Origin: Ramazzottius varieornatus
Lineage: Eukaryota > Animalia > Tardigrada
Direction: 5' to 3'
NCBI GenBank assembly: GCA_001949185.1
Contig: BDGG01000001.1
Coordinates: 4,019,624-4,083,623 of the forward strand
Length of the DNA stretch: 64,000 bases
Shown here in pieces: positions 11,933-23,893 of this stretch. The first letter of the stretch is position 1; the number at the start of each line of letters is the position of its first letter. Under the pieces are notes generated by a model. That model was not told the origin of the DNA and did no database searches. It saw nothing but the letters and a program-made list of their open reading frames with translations. The translations under genes and the position numbers were made by a program.

Positions 11933-14900
11933 GTTGACAGGTATGGGTGAGTGTCAGAAGTACGGCAAAGAAGCGCGATCAAAACTTAATGGGGGAAATT
12001 AAGAATCATCCAACTGATTAACCACACTTGTGGCTGTGGTGTGTGGTGGTGTTGTCGATGATTATTAGTGAGAAATAGACTTGATTATGCGTAATTAGCG
12101 GATCCGTTGCAGAAATCTCTTCAATTATCGTCAATTTAAAGTCACACAGAGACCCAAGAACGACTTTTCTCCATTAACCAACACAGTCAGCGTTCAACAC
12201 CAACACGGAAAGGCCATCGATGATGGACGCGTAAAGCTGTAGCGGCAGCTGTCAATATTGGAGGAAAAATGGCCGGAATGGATTTGTCGATGGCAAAAGG
12301 CGCTATTTGAACCGGTACGTCGTGCTGGGGTAATAAAGGCAGTCAACGTCATATGCAATCAAGTCAACATCAGACTACTTTTCGTGCAAGTTATCATTAG
12401 CTCCACTTGCGCGACCTTCGTACAACACAACAGCTTAAGCTGCGCGACTCGTCTTGACGAGTTAAGATATCTCGGACCGCAAAAACGTGAAATTATTTAG
12501 TCAATATCCTCATCAACGCGATGATTCAAGCCAAATCAGCACTCAACATCTCACAGACACCAGACTAAAATTGTCCCATCTACACGTTCAAATTACACAG
12601 CTGATAAGCCTCTGACTTACGACATAAGCCATTTAATCACTTGCTATAGGCTCTTGACGCGGCTCTGAGCCAACCCTTCCGTCGACAAGTACTCTTTCCC
12701 CATTGGCTAAGGGCTCTCCTTCCTTCGCTGATTTCAGCTTCACCAGTTATGCTTAAGTAGCAGCTGCATAACTACATTCGTACTCGACCAAAACATCGAG
12801 TGCCAGGTCACGGAATCTTGAGACCCGCCAGTGCATTCTGACGGGGTCTTCGTTCACCACAGGGTCCCCTCTTTAATCTTCAAAGGTCCACGAAGAACCA
12901 GAAGACCCAAACTCGAAAGAATTTATCGCAAACACTTTTTCGTAATCGTCTTCCTGTCTGGGGGAAAAAAGGAAGAACATTGCAGGAGAGATTTCCATTC
13001 TTTTAGCCGAAAGATAGTGGTCGAAGCATTCAGGTTTAAAGGTTCTTAGCAACCCTAACTCGCGCGCGCGCGCGCAATTATTCGGGGAAATGTTTGCGGG
13101 GTTTCGTCGGTCGTCACTGGCAGGTTGCAGCACGGTACCGAAGGTTTGTTTTGTCGTTCAGCTAAACTGCGTCCATGAGAAGACGGCGTTCGGGTATTTC
13201 GCACTCTGGTTTTCGCTATGCACCTCCGGCGCCATGCTTTGTCAAGCTATCAATAAATATTCAACACGAAAGATGGGACATAAAAGACAGCGTTGACTGT
13301 TGAACGTTCGGTTCTCACGGCGAAGAAAAAAACATTTGGCAGCGTAGCTTTTGATGCCGTGTATCAGATCTACATGTCGCCCAAGGCCGCGTTAAACCTA
13401 CAGTCATTCACTGCTTACTGCAACGCATCAGATGCTCCATAATTGCAGCCTTTGACGAGAAAATTATTTCGCACGATGAAAACGAACGTAAGTTAATTAT
13501 CAGCCTCCTGAGAAAAGGCAAAGACACAAAAGACCGAAAGTAGCGGAAGTGATTCTCCCGAGACCCAATGCAAAGGCCGGACACGCATCGCCTTGTCCTG
13601 TTCCAAAAATACCGCATTGTTTTCCCGAAGGCGGAGGTAAACGCTTCGCTTCGAACGTTCCTACGGAAAAGACAAGCGAACGCGCCAAGGATAGGAAGGA
13701 CTGGCAGAAGGTTGAGTGTTTTCTCCAAGGATCCAGGAAGTTGGTCACGCAATGCTCGTGCTGTACTCCACCCGGAAGGAGTGCAGTGCCTAAATTGGCT
13801 ATATGGCGCACGTATAGCCATAATGGCCTGTCTTTGTCCATTAAGAAGGCTTGATAGACTCGAGCTTCTCACCTGAAGAGTCATCACAACTCCCAGAGTC
13901 AATTTCGCGTCCTTTCATCCACAAAATGGACTGATCAGTCTGCAGTTCATCTTACCGAGATCAGGGCTAGACTCCATTGTCTAATTGTCTCCTTACGGCA
14001 GGGACCTTTTTGTTGTCAGTGTTTCAAGGAGGCGTTTCCATCACTTATTGCACGGCTAACTTTGCATGATGGCCAAAAGACACCAGCTTCCCGAGAAGTA
14101 CCAAATGAAAGCTTAAATATTCCTTCTGTGATCAAGTTTCCTGTCTTTAACGCCCGCGTTTAACAGAGCTATCGATTTTAAAAAATTTCAGTCGGAGTTT
14201 TATGACGACTTTTCTTTGAGATTTCTCTACTGTTTGATCGTCATTGAATTCGACTGGGTTCTTCGACTTCAGACAGGCGTATCACCCACAAGCCGAACTC
14301 AGATCTGCATAAATCGATAATAATGGCAAAGTGGTTGTATGCAGTGACTTTTACGGTAGGATTGTTTCTGGATGAGCGATGCTGCATATGCAAGGGAAGT
14401 CGGCGGGGGAAGGCTGGCACTCGCACAGCGGGACTTCACTGTTAAATGGTCAAGTCATTGCGGTAGACATCTACTTTGACGCGTCTCACCTCCATCACAA
14501 GTCGCTCACCTGAGATGGAGTACAGTAGGAAAGACTGAGGTAGGAGAAGAAAAGGTAAAAGGTATAAAGCCTAAGGGCAGGTTCGATGTGGCGCGACGCG
14601 ATGTGCACATCGAGCTCACGAATTCACGCCCAGTCAACGCGTTGAAAAATCTCGCTTGATGGACCTCTCTTCCATCTCCTTCCCTTCAACGCCATATCTA
14701 CCAGAGCATACGCACAACAATAATGCCCACAATGTCGATATGAACTGGCGCCGGCGCCGAATCATCATAAGTGAACAATAGATTAACGGCTCAAGACGAC
14801 AGGACAAGACATATTCCCTCCACTGGAAAGATGAACGAGCTCATAACTTCGGCCTTCATTAATTACGCCGTAAAGGCACGGAACCGTCACGTCGACTAGC

Positions 14901-15720
14901 CTTTTCCCACAATTTGCTCCTCCGTTGGAGCACACTCAGACGAACAATAAAGGCAGACCGAACCAAATAATCAATCAAGAGTACGAGTACCTTTGTCCAT
15001 CACAGTTTACAAGGAAGCACACACATCACAAATCTAGATACTAACCAGACAGGTGGATGCATGAGTCGCGGTACGCAGGCTTGTGATATTTGTGTTTCTG
15101 GTTTCCTAAATTACCTGCTCACTTCGTGAAACAGGCAGATAATCATTCTGAAGGGTATATTTAATCCTATAAACATATCAAGCCACTGGTTAAACGTTTT
15201 TACTGGCAGATAGCATTATCGACATGCAACCTGCGGGTGCAAACTAGTTTGCTGGAAAAAGTTGCAGCTGATGATTGCTGGTCATTATGGCGCATAATGA
15301 CTATCTTTTACAATTGTCGAGAGGGCAATCAATGCAGATCATCTGATCAACGCAGCTGAACATATCGCCAATCGCCACTTATTACACTCAAGAACGTGAA
15401 GAACCACTCGTCAGCTCATTCATCATCCGCGTGGCCATTATCAAAATTGCAAAACTAGCCTCACACGTTTATATTGATCATTCTTCATCACGCTTAATTT
15501 CCTCTGACATTAATCCAATCAGCAAAACCACCAAATTTGTTACGAGCACGCTGCTTTCCTGTGCAGGTATCATTACGAAAACCCACACCATAAATAAACC
15601 CGAAACAAGTGGCCACCACAGAGTCCGTAGTTCATTTTCGGCAAGAATAAGGCGCTGTCTGATCGCCTTCAACTTTGTAACTTTTTTTCTTGACCGATAA
15701 AAACTTTCTTGCCAAATGAA

Positions 15721-15830
15721 AGTTGGGCCAACAAAACGCACAAGTGGTTATTTCAAGTGGCGCACGTTTTCATTGCAATAGGCTGTAAGAGTGTGCCACC
15801 AAAGTTAATCAAAATGTACGTGTGTTCGCG
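15721..15830. repeat. Palindromic dispersed element copy (intergenic, upstream of Dll)
   Basis: caagtggcgcac (15754-15765), 25-nt spacer, gtgtgccaccaa (15791-15802); arms resemble those of the 5577 copy. Confidence 0.8.
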
Positions 15831-16794
15831 ATGGTGATTCAGGAACTTTAGTTCTGGCCTTCAAGTATTTAATCTAAAGCATATTGGAAGTATAACTTCC
15901 AAGTTTCAAGTCGGACATGTAGTTGGACAGAATGGACAAAGCGTTGAAAGGTGGACGTGGAAAAAAGCCGCATGGCCGGAAATCAGGGGTGGTAGGCCTC
16001 AATGCTTGACTGGTTGCACTGATGACTTGCACGTCCTGATGCTGCTATAGATTCGGTCAAGCAGACAGTTGTTGCCTCAAATCGATGCGCTCGGGTAGTT
16101 CGACGCAAAACCAGCTTGTCTTGTTCTTCCTTCAAAGGTTCGTCAAGCTTTTGTCCGCCGCCGAATGCGGTCAGATGTAAAATTTGAACAGCGACCAAAA
16201 TTACAGACCAATACTCGCGCACTGGCGCAAAACATAGATCCATGCGTGCAATTGCTATTCTTCTGCATGGAACCCTTCCGTCCGTGCTGCGCGATCGATA
16301 GACCCAGTAAAAACACCACAAGGAATTCCGAAATACTTCTCCGATATTGTGAAATTCTTGGCTTTATATGAATGTATTGCGTTGAACTTTCTCTACGATA
16401 TTTCCTTCGTCGCTGTCCACGACTTCGTAGAAAAATGGCTGTCTGTATTCGCATGTCTCAAGGTAGGTAATTGCAGCTAACTATATTAGCCGCATCATTA
16501 ATCTCCGCCTCGGAATATCCCTGTCCTTCTATTCCCCGACCGCGATAGTCTAGCAATCAGGGATTCTTCGATCCGGACACACCACTACAGACAGATAATT
16601 TCAGGGCACAAAACAGCGGTTTTCTCGCAGCTCAGCATTTGCGGCGCGCCAGCCAGACATGTCCACAAGCAGACACGCCCTCGCTGACCATCATTACAAA
16701 CGCAAAGGACGTCACATTTGAACTTGCTAGGCATGATACGGACCATCTCATCGAAAAATCTGACAACGCCGTACCTAATCTACAGAAAACATGG

Positions 16795-16900
16795 CCCATG
16801 AGCAAATGGCTGGAACTTGATCGTTTTCCCAAGTGGCGCACACTTGCGGCCACCAATACAGGAGACGTGCGCTACTTGAGACGTTAGTTACCGACGCCCC
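16795..16900. repeat. Palindromic dispersed element copy (intergenic)
   Basis: gatcgttttcc then caagtggcgcac (16830-16841), 25-nt spacer, gtgcgctacttg (16867-16878). Confidence 0.85.
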
Positions 16901-18296
16901 ATATGTTTTCTGTTTATTGCCCATGGTAGAACCCAAACGCACCGCTGTGAGGAGAGACCATCTCGAACTATTCCGCTCGCAAGGTCACATCATGCAGGAA
17001 ATGGAGTTCGGTCAGGAAGCAATTTAGCGGAACATGCTTTTAGTCCACCAAGAGTATTTTAGTTATTAATTGAGGGACGCAGTCATACCCGGCTCGGCAT
17101 ACGGTCGCTTCCGACTCCCCGCTACGAGGATGCCGTCCTCATTTCAATTTAATGCAATTTACCGAACTTAATAGACCCCACACGAAGCTTCCGGTCTGAC
17201 GACCGTAGTCCTTCAGTCAACAGCGAAAGCATGGGAACCCTTCAAAACATGCCAGACCAAAAATATTTCGAAAAAGTCGTTACGGAGCACACAAATCTAT
17301 TGCACTATTAATTTTGGATTTTCGCTACTTTGTATCTTTGTACTCCATCTCTCTTTCTATCCAACGAATTTCGCACTTTTTTTCTGTAATATTTCCAAAT
17401 TTCGTCGTTGACAACTTTGGGCATTCTTTCTATGTCTGATGATTTCGCATGCAGATAGTCATGTTACGCGCCTTCGATAAGTGTTACGCAGGTAGGTACC
17501 GGTTCAAACCTGTTCGGCTAGTGCAGTAACAGGAAGCCGTCAAAGGCAATTAAATCTGATCGTCGAGCTGCCGTAAGCAATCGTTGCATGGGCTGACGAA
17601 CAACATCATGCACGTCAACCAGCATACCGTGCATGAACACCATCACGCTCGGTGCCATCAGGTGCGCAACTCTTTCGAGAACATCCTTCCTGCTCAAGCG
17701 CTGGAAGGAAGAAGGAGACCTACGCTTCGTTCCAGATGAGGTGGATGGTTGGCGAAAGAAAGGAAAGGCCATGTTCGGTGTGGGCACGACGGCCGCTTGT
17801 CAGCTGCCAGGGACGTCCTGCCACGTCCGACAAGATAAAGAAATGTTCCGCTCCAGATGGCCTGTCTGCAAAGCCTCCATCCGAAATGTTCCAACCTGGT
17901 AATTACCTGAACTTTCAGAGACCAGACGTCTCACAGGTGCCACACCCTGACAAAAAGCAGAGCATTGTCCATATCAGTAAACGTCATACATATTTTAATA
18001 CTGGGCACGAGGAGTTAGCCACCTTCGTTGAGTTGCTTCCTGGTCTGAAGCACCGAACACGGATACGAATTTCATTAACTCCGAGAACCTGAAGAAAGAT
18101 CGAACTCGGCCTTTCGAGCTCTCACCGATTTTATGGAACTCTTCCGCAATACACTAATTTTGACTTGTGATGCTTTTTGTTATGGAAGGAATGATGTATA
18201 AAAAGCTGACAACAAATCATATTTGAATAAAAATACTCAACACTTCATGTGGGTAGTATATTTTTATCGATGGTAACCTCTCTGTGGCAAGTGGAA

Positions 18297-18420
18297 GTGG
18301 GACCTTGGAATCAATCTCGACCTGATTGTTTTTCTCAAGTGGCGCACGCTGCTAGCAGATGACATTGTAAATATACCTCACTTGAAGAAACGAATTAATC
18401 GATTTTTTTCGACGAGCAGT
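18297..18420. repeat. Palindromic dispersed element copy (intergenic, degenerate right arm)
   Basis: caagtggcgcac (18336-18347), 25-nt spacer, atacctcacttg (18373-18384). Confidence 0.7.
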
Positions 18421-21105
18421 TGGTTGAAAAAGTCAGAAAAAGCCGTAAGGACTGGGAAGGACGACACACTTCCTGCAGGTTTGTGTCGCGATCTCTCTGT
18501 CTACGTTGGAGGGATCGATCGTCTGACGGTGATGAGGAGCACAAGATCCGCCTGCAGGTGAGTGCTTATTTATACAAGATTCTGCCTGGGTAATCATCTC
18601 GGCTGGAGTGTCTTCTTGAAGGAAGCGTCTACGACATCGCCACGGGAGTATGCTGCCTGCATCATTTTCCGCTCTAGCTATGTCACAGTATGTCCGTCGA
18701 TGATGACGACGTAATGCCCTATAGACTATACACTGCATATATCAGTGGACGCGCCTCACTGCTCGCAGAAATATCCCCGGACATTTAATGAGGGCAATTT
18801 TCTTCACAGGAGGCTGTCGTCAATGTCCTCCAGCGCATCCTCAACCCCGCAATTTTTTGCTTCAACGTTAAACCAGATTTTCCAGCCACAGCCTTCCTCA
18901 ATGAGCACCATACAAGCCAAGACGGAAAAGGTTTGCCTCGTCAGCCGACATACGACCATAGTAAACAATGTGCTAAGTATTGCTCCAAAGTGAATAGGAC
19001 ACAATCAGACAGTGCTCTTTCACATCTTCAAAGAGACCATAATAAGCACCTAGTACCCCATAATCTGCCCGCGACTCATGCCCGCGACTCAAGCCTGCTC
19101 CACAACAAGATCTTGTTATGTTACCTTGAACAACATAGCGAGGCTGGTCACATCACCTCGAAAGGAACGAGCTATCTCCCCACCATAACACGCTTTCGGA
19201 CTATGTACATATCAAAGGCTAAACCACAGTTCAATGGCGGCAGACTTGGCTAGCAAACCTGTGGACCAACATACCACACTTCAGAAGCAAATGTGTCAAA
19301 AACGCCCTGCGCATGCAGCACATCCTAAACTTTCTTTCTTGAATACTGGACACGTCGGCTAGAAATTGCAAGGACGAACGTTAACTTGTCCTGAATATGT
19401 TCAGTCCTCACCGTCCTCGCCGGAAGTGGTTCGAGTGGTATCCGCACGTTACTTGTCGGGGAAAACGACAAACCCAGGAAGAGCAATTCAAGAACCACAA
19501 AAGAGCCCTTCCAGAGTCCGATACCTGTTTAAGATCAAACCGGCAACTTCACACCCGCCAAGAACCCATCCCACACACCACAAACCCCATTCTACCGAAA
19601 ATTCTAAACTCACATGGTCTTACGCGAAACCCATAGATGTGTCCCACCTTGCCCAAGTATCCCTCGTTCTGGAACGAGCTCAACATACGACAGACAAGTG
19701 CTTACCTGAGACATACCTGGGGCGTGGAAGACTTTCCAGAACCTTTCAGCGTAGTTTTTCAAAATGACAATCAGCGACCCGGCGTCCTACAGCACTTGAA
19801 AGTTGCTTCAGCATGCCGGCAAATGCCCCGATTCTTTCCAGTCTTACTCCGGAAGATTTGCCGGTCCGGCTATTCGATCCTCCTCACAGGGTGGAATTTG
19901 GATCCTTTTCATCTACAAGAGTCCAGCCGTCATGCAAAGCCAGCGTATCAGTGGAATGATGAAGAAACTCCATGTGTTGCACTCGAGAAGGGTGGAAGCT
20001 TACAGTACGTTGGGGGTCTTCGCGAGCAGCACTTCACTGGGATAACATTTACTGTTTTAACTAAAGGTAAACCAAGGAAATGCTTTTTATCAAAAGAACA
20101 GGGAAAATGTGCAAGCTGAAAATGCCAAGGTTTGACTGAGCAATTTTGGTTTGTGTGATTGTCGAAGTGGCAGTTGGCAGCTTGGAGAAGTAGCTCGAAC
20201 GCTGGCACGTTAGCCAGGGTAGGATAATTTGTGTAATCACCGTCAGTGCTGCTCATTATCAAAACCGAGAAACTGCGAGTGTGCCGTGTCAGGGGCAACA
20301 ATTTTACATAATTTTCGCCGGACTTAAACGGACCGCATCATGGTAGGCGATTACAGGGTCCGAGAGTAAAGTGCTCAATTGTTGATCATTTACTCTACTT
20401 ATCACCAATTGCTCATGTGGTTAGCCAGTTTGATGGTCGCCACTTTGCCAGCCATCAGACGCTGCTCACCCCTAATCCACCCGACTGCGCCGCCAAACAG
20501 TTAAGTTACGCAGCACGAAGCTTTCGGGCTCGTCAAGAATTACAAGCAGTTTTTCCCTGTCGCCAATACACCTCAGCAATTACGCCTCAACATCCGTCGA
20601 ATACTGCGTGAAGTAGTACGCATCCACTTCGAAGTTATCCACGATGGTCTTCGGGCGTTGGTTCCCATCGAGCTTTGAGACCAGGATACCGGTGGCTCGC
20701 ACACAGAACAGCTCGGAGGAGCCTCGAGTTGCCTGGGTGCAGATCTATTGTAATATATACCAGCAAGTATTTCAGAGAAGATATACTCAAAGCACATCAT
20801 CCGACATAACATCACCGTTGCGTCCGGGACGGATAATTTGAACAAGACGATTCGGCGGCTAACGTTCGCGGTTCGCAGTTTCACGTCGTTTGGCAAGCCA
20901 CTTCCCCTGTTTAGCAGATGATTACGACTTGACTGGAATATTGTATATGGATTGTTAACTAATTTTGTTCCATGGTAATTCCTGTCCATGTTGGCTTCGA
21001 AAAAGGCGAGAGACGGTGTCGGCGATACAAGTCGGCTCTTCCCCTAAAACTGGAACTTTATACAGTAGTTGTGTTTGATGTCACATTACATCTGGCCTTC
21101 CAGGA

Positions 21106-22546
21106 ATGAGCAGCTCGGCCAAAATCTATCCTGCTTTGTCGCCCACACCCAGTTCCGTCAATCATCCACAATCTGCAGCTCTTACTAGTGACACTCAGCC
21201 GGCAACCCCTGCCAGTCAACCTCATCCTGTAGCTCCTGTCGCACAAAAAAACGTCATCATCATCGAAGACGATGGTCGACCGGCGAATTTCGGCACCAGT
21301 TTCACTGATGCCGTCATTCGACGACGTTTTATTCACAACGTAAGTCCCGCCAGATGGCGCATAGCCGAACGTTGTAACGAAAGTTGCAGCTTCTCTCGAC
21401 TTCATTAGGGACAGATCCGCCAAAGCCAAATATGTGTTGATATTTTGAAGGTTTATGGAATTTTGATGCTGCAACTGCTGGTGACATTGGGAGTTATCTG
21501 CCTATTCATCTTCTCGTAGGCACAAAATTCACACCAACGCTCGAGAGATGTTTGACAATTCACAGTGGCAAACTAATGGAGTACTCGTATTTCTTACTGC
21601 AGAAAGGATGTCAGGGACTTCGTTCATTCAAATCCATGGTTTTACTACGCATCATACATAACGTTTGTCGTAACGGTTGTCATTCTCGGATGCTTCCAAA
21701 GCATACGCAGAGCCCATCCCTGGAATTTCATCCTGCTCGGAATCCTGGTCAGTCGCCACATTCCTTCCACTCTGTTCACTTCGCTGATAGCGAGAGAAAA
21801 CAGCGTTATTTTTTGCAGACCCTCTCCATATCCTACGTTGCGGGCACTATCTCCAGCTATTATGACACCAAAATTGTGCTGTGGGCTGTTATCATATGCG
21901 CTCTAGTATGCCTGGCAGTCAGCTTGTGCGCTGCCACCTGTCAGGTGAGCAAACTTCGCAGCGAGCGAGCAGCTCTCCGCCAAAACCTTTTCTTCCGCCA
22001 AAGTGGCCTTTTCTTCATATCTTAGTTTTCATCGGGATTTCCGGATGCTTTCCGACATCGTAAAAGTTAATACTTACCTGGTGAGTCTTTGCAGGTGGAC
22101 TTTACGGACGGGAGGATGATGTGCGGCCTTCTGTTGTTCTTGATGGTCTTCACTCTTCTTGGAACGGTTCTATTCGCCTTTCTGCCTCCGCTCCATTCAT
22201 ACGTGAGATCCGTGAAATTCTGAAAATCTAAAATCAGAAATTACAAAACGTTAATCTGCCGGACGCATATTTATTGTAGTGGTACGATGGACTCATCTCT
22301 GGTTTGATAGCGCTGCTGTTCATGGCGGTAAGTGTTCAACCGGATATTAATGAAATTATGATCGAAACCAGAGGTTTCAGACGTCAGTTCTTGTAGTTTC
22401 TGGCCTTCGACACCCAGAGGATACTTGGCGGAAAGAGTCCGGCTTTGAGTCCAGAAGAGCACATAGCCGGAGCCATGCAGCTGTACTTGGATGTAGTATT
22501 GTTGTTCCTTTTGCTTCTGGGAATATCCGGCGGAGCAAACCGATGA
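21106..22546 (+). CDS. Protein lifeguard / TMBIM (Bax inhibitor-1 family) membrane protein, multi-exon
   Basis: FTDAVIRRRFIHN|VYGILMLQLLVT, IRRAHPWNFILLGIL, TLSISYVAGTISSYYDTKIV, VDFT and FLAFDTQRILGGKSPALSPEEHIAGAMQLYLDVVLLFLLLL are hallmark LFG motifs; stop TGA at 22544-22546. Confidence 0.9.
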
Positions 22547-23893
22547 CTGTAAATCTGCAATCACAAGATAAGGAAGATCCACAGTAGTCTCCGAAGAATA
22601 TCAAAATAATACACAAAATATTTGTGGCAGCCTGGCAGGATCACCATCTATTCGCTGTCTGCGCGATTTGCTGTTGATTTCCCATCAATGCTGATCAATT
22701 CCTGCGACGCACACAATTTGACAGTGTCACAACCGCGACTACAGTTCCATCATAAACCACTAAATATGATCGGGCCGTATGAAGGCAGGAATTATCGTGA
22801 AAATTTGACACGACGAAGTCAGAAAGTTCGAAATCAGCAGGTAGCCAACCTAAGTTGATAACAGAGACTTTATGAACGCGGGGTTTTCAAGATTAAGTCG
22901 GTTGCATGTGGTTGTTCGTAATTCCGTGTACCACACCAACTAGCTTTTCCTCGCGTTCGCAAAGTCCATATAGTTATACATGACGACCTAGTCGTTCATA
23001 AGAACCTAGTGGACTAAATTTAAGGTGCCTAAGAGTTAATGGATTTGAAGAATAGTGCAATCGACCGGAAGTCCGCTCACCACAAGAACGTGCTCGTCGC
23101 AGCGACGTTTGCTAATCGGCAACTTCACTCCTCCCGAGTCCTCCGTCAAATTCTCCACCGCCATCCATGGCTCACCGCAGGCCAGAGCCTATCAGAGATC
23201 TCTGTTGGATGCAGTATGATGTATCCCAAAAGTTGCTGACCAGCGTCCATTTTTCTGTTCCGAAAAGATTAAAAAGGTGAAACGAAAACGTGACACGGCG
23301 AGGACGGCTTCGTGTCGCCATAATCTCTCTATCACTGCGAACTCGCCTCGCCTCGAACTGAACCTGTCCGAAATAATTCCAGGTCGGGGCGTCGAAGGGC
23401 TGAATTGGATGTCGTGGCCCACCACGAAAAAAGTTTCATACGCATAGGTTCGTGCATCCGGTGTAGTATGCAAGCCAACCTGTGTAATCGTTGCTTGGCC
23501 CGAGTCCCGACTCGACGCTCTGGATCCAAGCCATTTAGGCAGGTCGTTTAGACGATGCCGCCGGAGTGAGTTTGCTGGAAGCGGTACTCATTCGTTCTGA
23601 AGCTTTCGACTCTCTTTGACGTCTTCTCCATCCTCGCATCCTGACAGCACTTGACTTCTGTAGCTTCTTACCTGTTGTTTTGTTTGCTGTTGATTCTGGT
23701 CCCTTCTTCTCTTTTTCAGTACGTTCCCGCGGTGGAAACGGTCACAGTACTTACAGTATCATAGACTTCCCTGATATTCCAGTAAGTGAAACATCTCTTC
23801 CTGCTTCCTAGCGTCGATGCCGTCAAGGAAACTGTCATGTCACGTCTACTGACTTCGGTTATCTTCTCGTTTGATCTCTTTGCAGTAAGAAAG

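Noticed and set aside
13408-13902. Cluster of overlapping 100-160 aa ORFs on both strands
   Set aside because: No recognisable motif or convincing exon chain; consistent with chance ORFs at this GC content.
23039-23239. ATG-initiated 66-aa ORF upstream of the LOTUS-like gene
   Set aside because: Could not be spliced convincingly to the downstream exons; may be UTR or promoter sequence.
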